NCBI RefSeq assembly: GCF_018350175.1
Contig: NC_058385.1
Coordinates: forward strand, 60,016,001-60,080,000
Length of the DNA stretch: 64,000 bases
From: Felis catus
Taxonomy: Eukaryota
Direction of reading: 5' to 3'
The notes under the pieces are model-generated. The model searched no databases. It had not been told where the DNA came from and saw only the letters and a program-made list of their open reading frames with translations. Each line of letters starts with the position of its first letter. Position 1 is the first letter of the stretch. Positions 38,555-49,961 of the stretch are shown here, in pieces. The translations under genes were made by a program, and so were the position numbers.

Positions 38555-38788
38555 CCTACAATTCAACAACACAAAAACAAACAACCTGATTAAAAAGTGG
38601 TGGAGAACTCGAAAAGGCATCTCTCCAAAGAACATATACAAATGACTAGTAAGTACCTAAAAAGATGTTCAATATCACTAATCATTAGGGAAACTCAAAT
38701 CAAAACCACAATGAAATACCACTTTAGAGCATCCAACTCTTGATTTCGACTCAGGTCACTACCCCAAGGTTGTGGGATGGAGCCCCAC

Positions 38789-38839
<51 letters not shown>

Positions 38840-39099
38840 CTTTTGCCCATCTCCCTTGCTCTCTCCTAACAGAAAAAAAGAATACTGCTTCCCTAGCAAA
38901 TTAAAAATAGAACTACCATATGAGCCAGCAATTGAAAGTGAAAGAAGCCAGTCACAATAAAACAAATACTATAGGATTTCAGGATATGAGGCACCTATAA
39001 TAATCAAATTCACAGCAAGTAGAATGCTGGTTGCCTGGGAGTGGGGGAGAGGGGTATAGGAGGAGTTATTGCTTAAAGGGCACATAGTTTCAGTCTGGG
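38555..39099 (+). mobile_element. L1MB-like ORF2/3' fragments with a partial CAN-SINE (~38725-38880)
   Basis: tctccaaagaacatatacaaatg...aaatcaaaaccacaatgaaataccact; aaaatagaactaccatatga; agtagaatgctggttgcc. Confidence 0.85.
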
Positions 39100-39251
39100 N
39101 NNNNNNNNNNNNNNNNNNNNNNNNNNNNNNNNNNNNNNNNNNNNNNNNNNNNNNNNNNNNNNNNNNNNNNNNNNNNNNNNNNNNNNNNNNNNNNNNNNNN
39201 NNNNNNNNNNNNNNNNNNNNNNNNNNNNNNNNNNNNNNNNNNNNNNNNNNN
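39100..39251. other. Assembly gap
   Basis: N run. Confidence 1.
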
Positions 39252-39270
39252 ATTTTTAAATACTGCACTT

Positions 39271-39478
39271 ATTTTTTTTTTAAGTTTTATTTATTTATTT
39301 TGAGAGAGAGAGAGAGAAAGAGAGTGAGAGGGTGAGGGGCAGAGAGGGAATACTAAGCAGACTCCACACTGGGAGCGCAGAGCCTGACTTGGGGGGTTGA
39401 TCTCATGAACCATGAGATCATGACCTGAGCCAAAATCAAGAGTCGGACGCTCAACCAACTGAGTCACCCAGGTGCCCC
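39271..39478 (-). mobile_element. CAN-SINE (SINEC_Fc2-like)
   Basis: TSD AATACTGCACTT / AATACCGCACTT. Confidence 0.95.
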
Positions 39479-39914
39479 AATACCGCACTTTATAGTATAC
39501 ATTACACATGCACATGTATTGTATAAAGTTGCTTGTATAAACGATACACACTTTATTATACTTCTGTGTAGCATAAGAGGTTTTAACTGACAATTTTTCT
39601 ACATGTAATTATTGCTTTTACAAGTTGAATTTCTAACTTAACCATTGTGTAGCATGTAACTCCATTGAATATGCTTTCAAATTTTGAAAAGTTTAGTTAT
39701 GGCAGAAAGGGGAAACAAAGTAGCCTAGATATATGTCATGGACTAAAACACAGAGCAAACTCTGATAGATAATTGTCCAAATTCCCAAAGGTTTTCTCTG
39801 ATTCATTAGGTCACTAAGCATGCAAATTTCAAATGACGTCTCTATTTCAATTTTGATTGAGTTGCCATAGGTAACTGGGTACCTTTTTAAAAAATAATAA
39901 GAATCATTGGTTAA

Positions 39915-40135
39915 GGGGCGCCTGGGTGGCTCAGTTGGTTAAGCGTCTGACTCTTGATTTCATCTCAGGTCATGATCTCTCGGTTTATCAAATCAAGCCC
40001 TGCTTCAGGCTCTGTGGTGAAAACATGAGCCTGTTTGAGATTCTCTCTCTCCCTTTCTCCTGCCCCTCCCCTGCTCATGCTCTCTCTCTCTCTCTCTCTT
40101 TCTCTCAAAATAAATAAATAAGGATTAAAAAAAAA
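39915..40135 (+). mobile_element. CAN-SINE (SINEC_Fc2-like)
   Basis: Perfect 14-bp TSD AATCATTGGTTAAG. Confidence 0.96.
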
Positions 40136-40868
40136 TCATTGGTTAAGATATGAGCCAAGGACTTTTATTCCTGGAAGAAAACTACGAGGTAAGTCGACTT
40201 TATATGAATTCATATTTCTTTAAGTAATTTTGCTGACAAAACACATCAAGATAGATTGCATGTAAATTTTTCATAAGCAATATAACCAGCAGTTTAAAAG
40301 GAAAATGCACAAAAGCCATAATAAATTGGAAAATTCAGTTTTTTTATTTTCAAAAATTATGTCAATCGCCTGATCATCTGTTAGTGTAGTCATTCCTTTG
40401 TAATACACTGTTGAAAAGTCCACCATTGTCTGCAACCTCATGCCTAAAGCACCCACACACTTTTCTCTTTTCAACATAAGGAATTCATTTTCTACTCATA
40501 GTACCTTTTGCTGCAATCACATTCAATTCTGTGGGTCTTGGTGACAAAGTAGCCCTGAGAGCTATTACTGGAAATAGAAATAGGAAACAGTGGGATCTCT
40601 GAGCCTGTTAACTTCCTTATTTCAGAATCTTAACAGAGGAGTGCAGAAGGGTTGCTGGGAAAGAAAAGACATGTTTTGAAATGGCTGAAACTTCTTCTCA
40701 AGCATAACATCTACTTTGCAGCCACATGAAAAGGCATAATCCCTCTTACCAGGCAAAAACGGTAGAACTCCATCACAAAAAGCCTTATTTCTGGCCCCTT
40801 TTAGAGTCAATTAAATTCATCTCTCTGACCATCTAGAACCAGAAGAAAACCTCCCATGTTGAACTCAC

Positions 40869-41014
40869 TGTGTCAGGAAACAAGGGACGGACATCTTGCG
40901 TGTCTTTAGTGGCAATGGCAGGTTTTGGCCGTTTAACACGGGGAAAGCTCACGGGCACATCAGGAGCTCTACTCCCCAGAGAAGAACGGCTTATCTTGCC
41001 AGTCTTCTCGTATC
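40869..41014 (-). other. Candidate 146-nt exon
   Basis: Acceptor TTTCTCTGTAG|G, donor ACA|GTGAGT, 7 CpGs in the interval, one open frame. Confidence 0.3.
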
Positions 41015-42299
41015 CTACAGAGAAATTCCTGGAGGTGAATAGGATCTAGCTCTAACCTGAGGCTTAATTATGTGATTGCTGTCACTCTTATTCTGTGAAA
41101 GATAATCTGGCAGGATATCGGAATGATGTTTGATTCTGTACTGAGAACTGAGATTTCAGTTGATAGTGTTATCAGAAAATCTGAAAACCATGCTCCCTGA
41201 CCTCCTTGGAAACCTGATTTTTTTGCCAGTGGGGTGTACGTCAAGGAGCAACTTTTTTACTTTAAAAGCACCAGAGTTTCAATATGTTCAGAGAGAGGGG
41301 AAAGGAAAATAGCTGTATCTCCATCAAGGTTAGCAGTCTCACAATTTTACTGTTAGCTGTTTTATAAAATTTTAACATGCTTAAACTTTTCTCAAATCCA
41401 CTATGTGAGATCTGTGTTGCGGGCACACGTGGAGACTCCTGTCCCCAACACGGGTTGTCAAGCACCACAATGCCCCCTGCCCCTACACAACTCATCACAA
41501 AATACCTAATGTCAATAGGAGGCAGTGAAACCATCACTCCTAGAAGACAGGGAGACTGTTTTGTTCAAACATAATCCCCTTAAACTTTGCATGTGGCTTT
41601 GCCATGGTGGGCACTCATTCGTTGCTTGTTGAACTTGAATCTTACTGCAACATGCTTTCTTTATCTCAGAAGCCATCTTCTTAGCAGATTTCACAGAGAA
41701 AACTGCTTGATTCAAAACAGTATTGTAGTGAGGGTTCCAAGACATTTTTTTGTTTTTGGTTATTTGTTTTAAAGTAACTTAAGTCATAAGAATTTTAATT
41801 CTTGGCCTTCCATGTATCAAATTTAATAGCTAGACGTAATTATTTTCATTCTATAGGTGAACACAATGTGTGTTGGCTCATACAAGGTCTGGAAATGTTA
41901 CAGCCAGGAACATGGCCCACGTTTCATGAGGCCTACTTTTATGATTTATAATCCTTTTTTTTTTAAATATTTTGAGTTGTATTTTCTCATAGATGGAGAA
42001 TTCATTTGGAGATATTCTGTGATTCATGATACTGGACAAGGCTCTCTACTCAGCAATGTAAGGAGAAAGTTCCAGTAATTCTAGGCTATGAGTCAGATTC
42101 CAACAGGTCACTATTGCTTTCTCTCCCAACTAATGGACAGACAGGATGATTAACTCAGTAATTACTGCAGGCTTGGTGCGATGTAAGAAGCAGGGGGAAA
42201 AAAGGGGTGTTCAGTTTCCTCTGTTCAACTCAGCTTACAATCTTGCTGATGACATAGATCAAAAGAACAGATAGGAGACAAGAAGATATTAAGACTTAA

Positions 42300-42500
42300 A
42301 CCAGGAGGCACGAAGGATTTCACCAAAGATCAGGCAAGTCTCATTGAAGAAGTGAGATTTGAGTTAGGCCTTAAAAGAATATAACTTGAAAACATGAAAG
42401 GAAACTCATGATAGGATATGGAGAATAAGTGTGAGACAATGAGAGAGAACATGGCATGAGTGAAGATAAAGCAGAATATTGATTTGGCCAGGTAGATGGG
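42300..42500 (-). mobile_element. L2 fragment
   Basis: atcaggcaagtctcattgaagaagtgagatttgagttaggccttaaaagaat. Confidence 0.65.
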
Positions 42501-43270
42501 AAGTGGCCAGGGAGTGATAGCAAATGAACTTGCCTGTGTGTAGGCTAAACACCTTAGCCTTCTGGTCATAGTTAGGGCCCAGAACAGTGCCTGATACACA
42601 GTCTACCATCAATGACAGTATATTGAGTTCAACTGAAACAAATTAGAAAAGGTTTTTCAAAGTCAAACACAGGAACTCAGATATGATATGATGAATTAAT
42701 GAAGGATTCCTGATCACAAAAATGTTATGTTGTAAATGATCATGCTTTGGGAGGTTGAATGATGAAACAGAGTGTATCAGTTTTGGATTCAGATGAGCCT
42801 GTATGTTTTATAACCATGAGGAAATTGCTAAACTTTTCTTCATTCTCTTTGAAAAAAAAAAAAAAGATGTAATTCCCATCTTGCAGGGTTAATGTGAGGA
42901 TTAAATGAAATAACATGTGCCAAATTCCTAACATAGAGTCTTATACATTCTAATTATTTTTACTAACTGGACAATGACATTAAAAACTCAATGAAAAGGG
43001 GAAGAGACAATCAATAAGGAAGTGAAGGAAGCAAAGAAACAGGACAAGGGCGGTACAGACACACAAGACAGAATCAAAGAAAAAAACAGGATTCAGAAAA
43101 AAAAATCATATTTGGCGCATGAAGCAAATACGCCACCCATTTTTTGTATTCTGATGCAAATGAGAATGGTTTGAAAAACTAATTATAAAGTATAATTACT
43201 GAGGATATCTGACTTTTGGGAAATACCTTTCTATCTTTAAACATAATCACTTATTTGCAATTATTTTCTT

Positions 43271-43487
43271 TTTTTAATTTTTAATATTTATTTTTGAGGG
43301 AGAGAGAGAGAGACAGAGCATGTGTGGGGGAGGGGCAGAGAGAGAGGGAGACACAGAATCTGAAGCAGGCTCTAGGCCCTGAGCTGTCAGCACAGAGCCC
43401 AACACAGGGCTCGAACTCAGGAGCCGTGAGATCATCACCTGAGCTGAAGTCGGAAGCTCAACTGACTGAGCCACCCAGGCACCGCCC
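43271..43487 (-). mobile_element. CAN-SINE (SINEC_Fc)
   Basis: TSD CAATTATTTTCTT / CAATTACTTTCTT. Confidence 0.95.
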
Positions 43488-44564
43488 AATTACTTTCTTA
43501 AATGTCCTTTCAGAGTGTTCTGACTTAGTCAGCAAAGTCTTTATGGGGTTCTCTTAAAAATGAGAATACATTTTCTGGGACAGAAAATAAACATAACTAA
43601 AAAAGTGATATTCTTAGTAAAGGGGCACGTTGAAAGGTCACTTCTCTGTTTCAACCTCGTGGAGTAATTTACAAATTTCAATAGATACCGAGTTTTCTAG
43701 TGAATTCTAAGAACATGGATTCATTCTGGCAAATGAGATGTTGAGGATTCCATTCGAAAACCAGCACAAGCCCACTGCACAGCTTTAGAAAAACAAGTGT
43801 GTATGAAACAAATTTTATATATTAATTTATATTAGAAATGAAGACTTGCTTAGGCTGCCAGTGATAAGGAAAGAAATGCTAGTGTGTCTGATTACAGGAA
43901 TAGCAGGCAGACTGCAAAAGGTGGAAACATCTTTGCCTGAAGCCATTTTAAGTAACATGTGTCCCACCTTCACTTTTCCGAACAGGAAAAAAAAAAAAAG
44001 TAGATAAAGGTGAGTCACTATGTTCATTATGTTCATTCTGCTAACAAAACAAACAATAGGTTTAATTAAAGTGGAGGCTTATATTAACATTTTATTTTTC
44101 CTGAAAAATCATTTTGACTTTTGGATTTACTCAGATATCATGAAAGATAAGATATTTGTCCTGAGTCACTAAAGACTCAAAGGAAGCAGAACTGGTCTTT
44201 GTTACAAAAAAAAAAAACAAAAAACAAAAAAAAAAACAAAAAACCCCAAGGTCAAAGATAAATGATCAATGAGGCCAAACAGCAATCTAAGCCAACAATG
44301 TAGACTACATGTGATTCTGCCACAGCCATCCGTGAATAATTCCTGAGCAGAATTGTTTTTTTTTTTTTCTGTCTGATAATAAATGCTCCTGACATGAAAA
44401 CCAAGTGTGGGCCTTCACCCCTTTGGTGACTCTGCTCTGAACGACGGCTATGAAGATGAATATGTTCCCCTCTTGGAGAATTAGTGCCACCTTACACACT
44501 TATCCACCGTGACTTTAATCATTAGAGGAAGAAAAGAGATCTGACCATCCTACTGCCTTATTTA

Positions 44565-45005
44565 TAATCCTTCAATAGACCTTCAAAGCTTTGAGGATAA
44601 AATCCAAAGACTGGGGTGTGCAAGGGGCAGATCTGACTCCTGTTTACTACTTGGGACCAACTCTCACCTTTTCCCTGGCAAGAAGCCACACCCCCGTGCT
44701 CATTAACTACTGAAGATTTTCTGATCTGTGCTCCTGGTTAGGATTTGGGACACCCCTCACTTCTGCATTTGTCCTACAAGTTATGCAGGGGAGTTATGCT
44801 TCCAGAAAGTGTTTTCTGACCACCCACTGGACTTAGTGCTTTCGGCACACGCTCTTCTATCACTTACCTCTTCCAATCAGAGCACTTTGTTTTCCTGCTT
44901 TGGCTTACCCTAGCATGTGAACTTTGTGAGAGCAGACGCTTGTTCCCATATCCCCAGCACCCAGCACAGTTTGTGGTAGCTAGCAGATACTGGTAAATAA
45001 ATGAG
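44565..45005 (+). mobile_element. L2 3' fragment
   Basis: ggataaaatccaaa...tgtgaactttgtgagagcag...atccccagcacccagcacag. Confidence 0.7.
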
Positions 45006-46757
45006 GTGAGTGGAACTCAGTTTGATTGCAGTTCCAAATAACACAATCCAGGTTTGGGGAGCATCTGAGGTCAGGAACAGTCCCCAGGTATAACACTAAG
45101 TGATCTGCTATAGATCATTTGTAACTATTCAGTTTCTCGGTGTAGCTCCCTTGAAATACATACTATTCAATTTTTTAAATCTTTCGCTCTGTATTTTAAA
45201 TTCTTCCTCTACACAAGAATCACCAAGAAGGTGCTTGAATTCTAGATACACCAGGAATTTTACATTCTTGGCAAATACTTCAAGGTTCTTTCTTCCCTTA
45301 AAGGAACCAGTTTCTATGAATCTGATAGAAAACCATGCTCCTTTTCTCCTTCTCTTGCTGGAGGCTAGTTAATGAAAGCAGTGTGGTTTTTCTAGGGAAT
45401 TCTACAAAATTGGTGAAAATAAAATATAATGGAAAATGTCACTGGAATGATATCTACCAGAATTATACCAGGAACATAAATTTCTATTCAGACAGTCCTC
45501 TCATTTCAACATGCAAATTGAAAAAAATAAAGGTTTAAAATGAAAATGTCGGTGGGCCCGTGCTCCTCTGGTTTGTGCGACAACTCCTGAGTTACAAGTA
45601 GAATCCTACTGCTTTTTGGCTACGTGGCATACAGACGAGCAAGGCATCTTCTATGATGATGGTTTGATGAAGCAACTTTATTGTTCCTACCAGCGACTTT
45701 AGGAAAACATTGCTTCAACTTGACATCTGACAGAGAGCCATGTGTCTTCAGAGTACATATATTCCCTAAATAAGCTCACTATTTGATTCCTAGATAGGTT
45801 TGCCTTAACAATAGGACATTGTGTATATAGAATATGTGTGTACATATATGACATTTATGTGTGTGTGCTAGCTATAACTATATGTGTGCCTGTGTGTGTA
45901 TACATTGAGCTTCCACGTCTATAACCCATGGCTGCTTCCAAGATTATCCAAAACACATCATGCCATGTTGTCAGGGAGAACTCAACATTCTGTAGTCACA
46001 TTTTTTCCTGTTTGTACACTCTCACTACATGTTAGTGAGTGGGGTCTATAGCTATCATTTGCCTTCTGGAATTTTTTTTGTCAGAAGTGTTAGCGCTTTT
46101 TGTTTCTTCATGCATTTTTTTTCTTTTAATAAAAAAAATGTTTAGGTGTGATGTTAGAAGTTACTAAAGAGAGTCCAAAGAGACCACCTTTAATCAACGT
46201 GAGAGGGTGAAGTAATGGTGTAAGCTGCTCTTGTCTTGTCTTTTGTGTTATGGCCAGACTGGACTAAATGTCTCTGTTATCAGAGCTTCCTTAAGAAATA
46301 TTTTTTGGCACAGAGTGCATGGTATACAAGGGGCAGATCTTCCCATGATCATTTGCCTCTGCCATTCCTAAGCTAAACTATGGTCTCTTGAACATGCAGA
46401 TGCAGAATGCCTCCAATAAAAGAACATCCAGAGAACAGGCATGTCATTGAGAAAGACAGATGGATGAAAGAGCCAAAAATCAGACTTGTATATCCGGGAT
46501 CTGCCTCTGCCACGTGAGTCTAAGGGAAAAGGCTTGTTGCTACTGAGTTAAAGAATAACTCATAAGGAAACAGGAGAACCAGAGAGTCTCAGACAACCCT
46601 GTTTCTTCCAAAAAGATAACTGAATTATTGGCAGTTCTTCTAGAAAAGAACCTCACATTGGAAGGGTAGGAAAAGACTGAATTCTTTATCAAAACTCTGC
46701 CAAACTTGAAAAATATGAAATCCTGTTGGAATTTCATTGATTTAAAAACATGTTTGA

Positions 46758-46986
46758 GGGACGCCTGGGTGGCTCCATCGGTTAAGCATTCGACTTCAGC
46801 CTCAGGTCATGATCTCATGGTTTGTGAGTTTGAGCCCCACATCAGGCTCTGTGCTGACAGCTCAGAGCCTGGAGCCTGCTTCGGATTCTGTATCTACTTC
46901 TCTCTCTGCCCCTCCCCTGCTCACACTCTCACTCTCTCTCTCTCTCAAAAATAAATAAACATTTAAAAATAGTAAAAAAAAAAAAA
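46758..46986 (+). mobile_element. CAN-SINE (SINEC_Fc)
   Basis: TSD AAAAACATGTTTGA / AAAAACATATTTGA. Confidence 0.95.
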
Positions 46987-47484
46987 CATATTTGAATGAC
47001 TTATTAACAACCAGGTTCATAATTCTCATGAATTGAACTCAGGAGATTCTGAGTAGTTTCATGGCAACAGTTTTTTTTTTTTTTTAATACAGAAAAAAAT
47101 CATTTTCTTTTGTAATCTTCTGAAACCTAATAGATAATTTTGGCTGATATTTTCATATAGCCTCTTTCTTTTTCAGTGCTTAAAAATAACAACTATAGTG
47201 ATGATAACGCCCTTAAATGCAAAATAGCTTAAAGTTTTAAAATATTTCACAGTATTTTTCTTCCAATTATAAAGGAATTGAAAATATTTATCAGGCTACC
47301 AAAAATTTTTTGCCAACATAACTTTGTCTTTGGGATATAGAAAAATGAAATCAGTGAAGATTTTTCTAACCCAGAATAATTTTTCCTTTTGTCTTCCATG
47401 CATTCTAGCCAGATGAGTGGGCAATTATTCTGATGGTTGACAATCTGCTGCAAATCTTAGAGAGCAGACAACCCTCTAAAGAAA

Positions 47485-47531
47485 GAGGAGGAGGAGGAGG
47501 AGGAGGAGGAGGAGGAGGAGGAGGAGGAGGA
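47485..47531 (+). repeat. (GGA)15 trinucleotide microsatellite
   Basis: Read directly; source of the poly-G and poly-P ORFs. Confidence 0.98.
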
Positions 47532-47624
47532 AGAGTGAGAAGGAAAAGCCTGGTCAACAGAAATTTGAGATCCCAGTTCAGAGTTCTAGAAAGTGCATGG
47601 ATTTTAGTAATAAGAAGGGGAAAA

Positions 47625-47800
47625 AAAATCCTGGCTCTCCTATTTATTAGTGTTGTAATCTTAGGCAAATTGTTGTTTTTGGCTAAGCCTCAGTTTCTCC
47701 ACTTTTAAAATGGAAGGAAAAACATCTCCCAGAGATGGCCTGATAATTAAATGAGTTATTGCCTCTTAAAAACCCTACCTTTGTGCCTGATAAATGTTGT
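47625..47800 (+). mobile_element. MIR
   Basis: tgtaatcttaggcaaatt...aagcctcagtttctccacttttaaaatgg. Confidence 0.75.
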
Positions 47801-48694
47801 GGGCTCTCAACCAACGTTATATCCCTTGACCTCCTCTCCCCTTCACAACATGCTTGCTTTCAGACCATACTTATCCTCACCCCCTCTCATTTTTCTGAAA
47901 CAACCAAAGGAATAAAAGACTACCCTGACTTCTAAGAGTTATGAAATCTGTGGTGCAACAGACACATCCTGTTTCTGTGTGGTGTGTTATTCAGCATTAT
48001 TGGTAGATCCTCTGCCGCTTCCAAGTTCAGGAGCATTCTTGAATGTTACTCAATAGAAGTACTTTTAGGTAAACCATTTCATTAATCTCAGATACTCCTC
48101 CAAAGAGTAATATGTTATCACTGAATTCTGTTGACCCAGTGAAGTCCTCTCTAATTTTACTCCTTCTGCCTTTAATTAGGCTGGTCTGAAAAAGCCTGAA
48201 AACAGTCAACGCCACCCCTTTTGCCAAAAGGCAAGAAGCAAAACCTTCCACAAGGCATGTTCTGAGATTTGTCCTTTTGTGTCACTAGATTTGACAATCA
48301 CTTGAGCCTGGAAAGAGAGAGAGGGGGGAAAAAGGGAGGGGAGAGAAAGAGAGAATCAAGGAGGGGAGAGGAAGGAAGAGGAGAGAAATCATAGGAAGCC
48401 TCTCAGTTCTGTGAGTGTTATCAAGTTGTTGACCGAGTCATTTGCCCACATTTGTTGGCAGATGTCTCAGATCTTTGCTTGGTGAGTAGAGGTTGGGAGA
48501 AGTACTGTCCTACACAAGCAAACAAACAAACAAGTCTTCATGTCAGCGTAGCCTCTGCTTTTGTGACTGGGGCTTTTAAGCACAAAATGTCACTTTTTGG
48601 AAAAAGCTAAACATGAATGTAACAGTATTTCCAATCCCATGTGTCTCCCCTCCCTGCCCTGCCTCCAGCAGATAGAGCTTCAGAAATGCAACAC

Positions 48695-48934
48695 NNNNNN
48701 NNNNNNNNNNNNNNNNNNNNNNNNNNNNNNNNNNNNNNNNNNNNNNNNNNNNNNNNNNNNNNNNNNNNNNNNNNNNNNNNNNNNNNNNNNNNNNNNNNNN
48801 NNNNNNNNNNNNNNNNNNNNNNNNNNNNNNNNNNNNNNNNNNNNNNNNNNNNNNNNNNNNNNNNNNNNNNNNNNNNNNNNNNNNNNNNNNNNNNNNNNNN
48901 NNNNNNNNNNNNNNNNNNNNNNNNNNNNNNNNNN
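48695..48934. other. Assembly gap
   Basis: N run. Confidence 1.
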
Positions 48935-49913
48935 CCAAAAATAGACGCAGTCTCCAGTGCCAGAACAGATGCCAAGTACAGTAGGTCATAAAATGGGAAA
49001 ATTACCTCTGCCCCATGGGCTGTGTGTTGACATGGGGGAAATGGCTTCCCAATAGTCAGGAGAGCGGGGTCTTTATTCCCAGTTGCAGCTATCGGTTGTC
49101 ACGGACCCCGCCAACTTTCCTTTCTACTCCTTTCTGTATATTCACCAGTGAGAGCTGGTAAGTAACCACCCTAATGACTGCTACATGTTGGGGGAGGATT
49201 AATGACCGAAAAAGTACAACGCTGGGCTCTTATGTCACGTTGTGAATGAAATCAGAGGGTTCTGTGGAGAATATTAGCAATGCTTTTTCCATTCCACAGA
49301 GGACTCAAGGTGACTAGGGACATTTCGATTTCTGTCCTAGGGAAAGATATGATAAATAGGGTGGTGAAGGGAAAATACACCCCCTTCTGTGTGTTTCATG
49401 AGCTATTTGCCACTTTCTGGGGAAGGGCTAAGAGCGCTTGCATGGTTTCTTAGTATGAGGCAAAGGTTGAAAAATTGGCAAAACCAGACCTGGTCATTTG
49501 CTGAAAGCCACAGAGAGAGGAATGAGGCTCCAAGGGGGGCATCTTTTGAAAGTAGAGCACTACCTCATATCCATGGTGGAGTTGAGGAGATTTACATCTG
49601 AAGAAGGCCTTGCTTGTCTTTTTGCTGCGTGGATAAAACAGGGCTGTCAGTTTTCCTCACCTCCTGGAAAATTTTCACTGAATCTTTGTACTAAGGCTTT
49701 CTAGTCCACATGTGATTTGGTGCTGGCCAGCCATTGAAGGCTGAGATAATCATGAACAGAAAGAATGAGGAAAAGTTTTTCTCACAGATTTTTTTCTTTT
49801 TCTTTGTTCCCTCTTTCCCTCTCTCCTTTCTCTATTCCATCATTTCCTTCTATTTTCCAAATTTTCTTTCAAACTCAAAGACACTCTAACATCTTCCATA
49901 AGGAAAAAAACTG

Positions 49914-49927
49914 ACTAACAAACTAAC

Positions 49928-49960
<33 letters not shown>
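49914..49960 (+). repeat. (AACT)n tetranucleotide microsatellite
   Basis: 8 perfect units at 49928-49959 plus degenerate flanking units. Confidence 0.95.

Positions 49961-49961
<1 letters not shown>

Noticed and set aside
31740-41014. Assigning a gene symbol to the candidate minus-strand exons
   Set aside because: No translation matched a protein I can recognise; naming one would be a guess
47405-47708. Poly-Pro and poly-Gly ORFs
   Set aside because: Produced by the (GGA)15 microsatellite and the adjacent MIR
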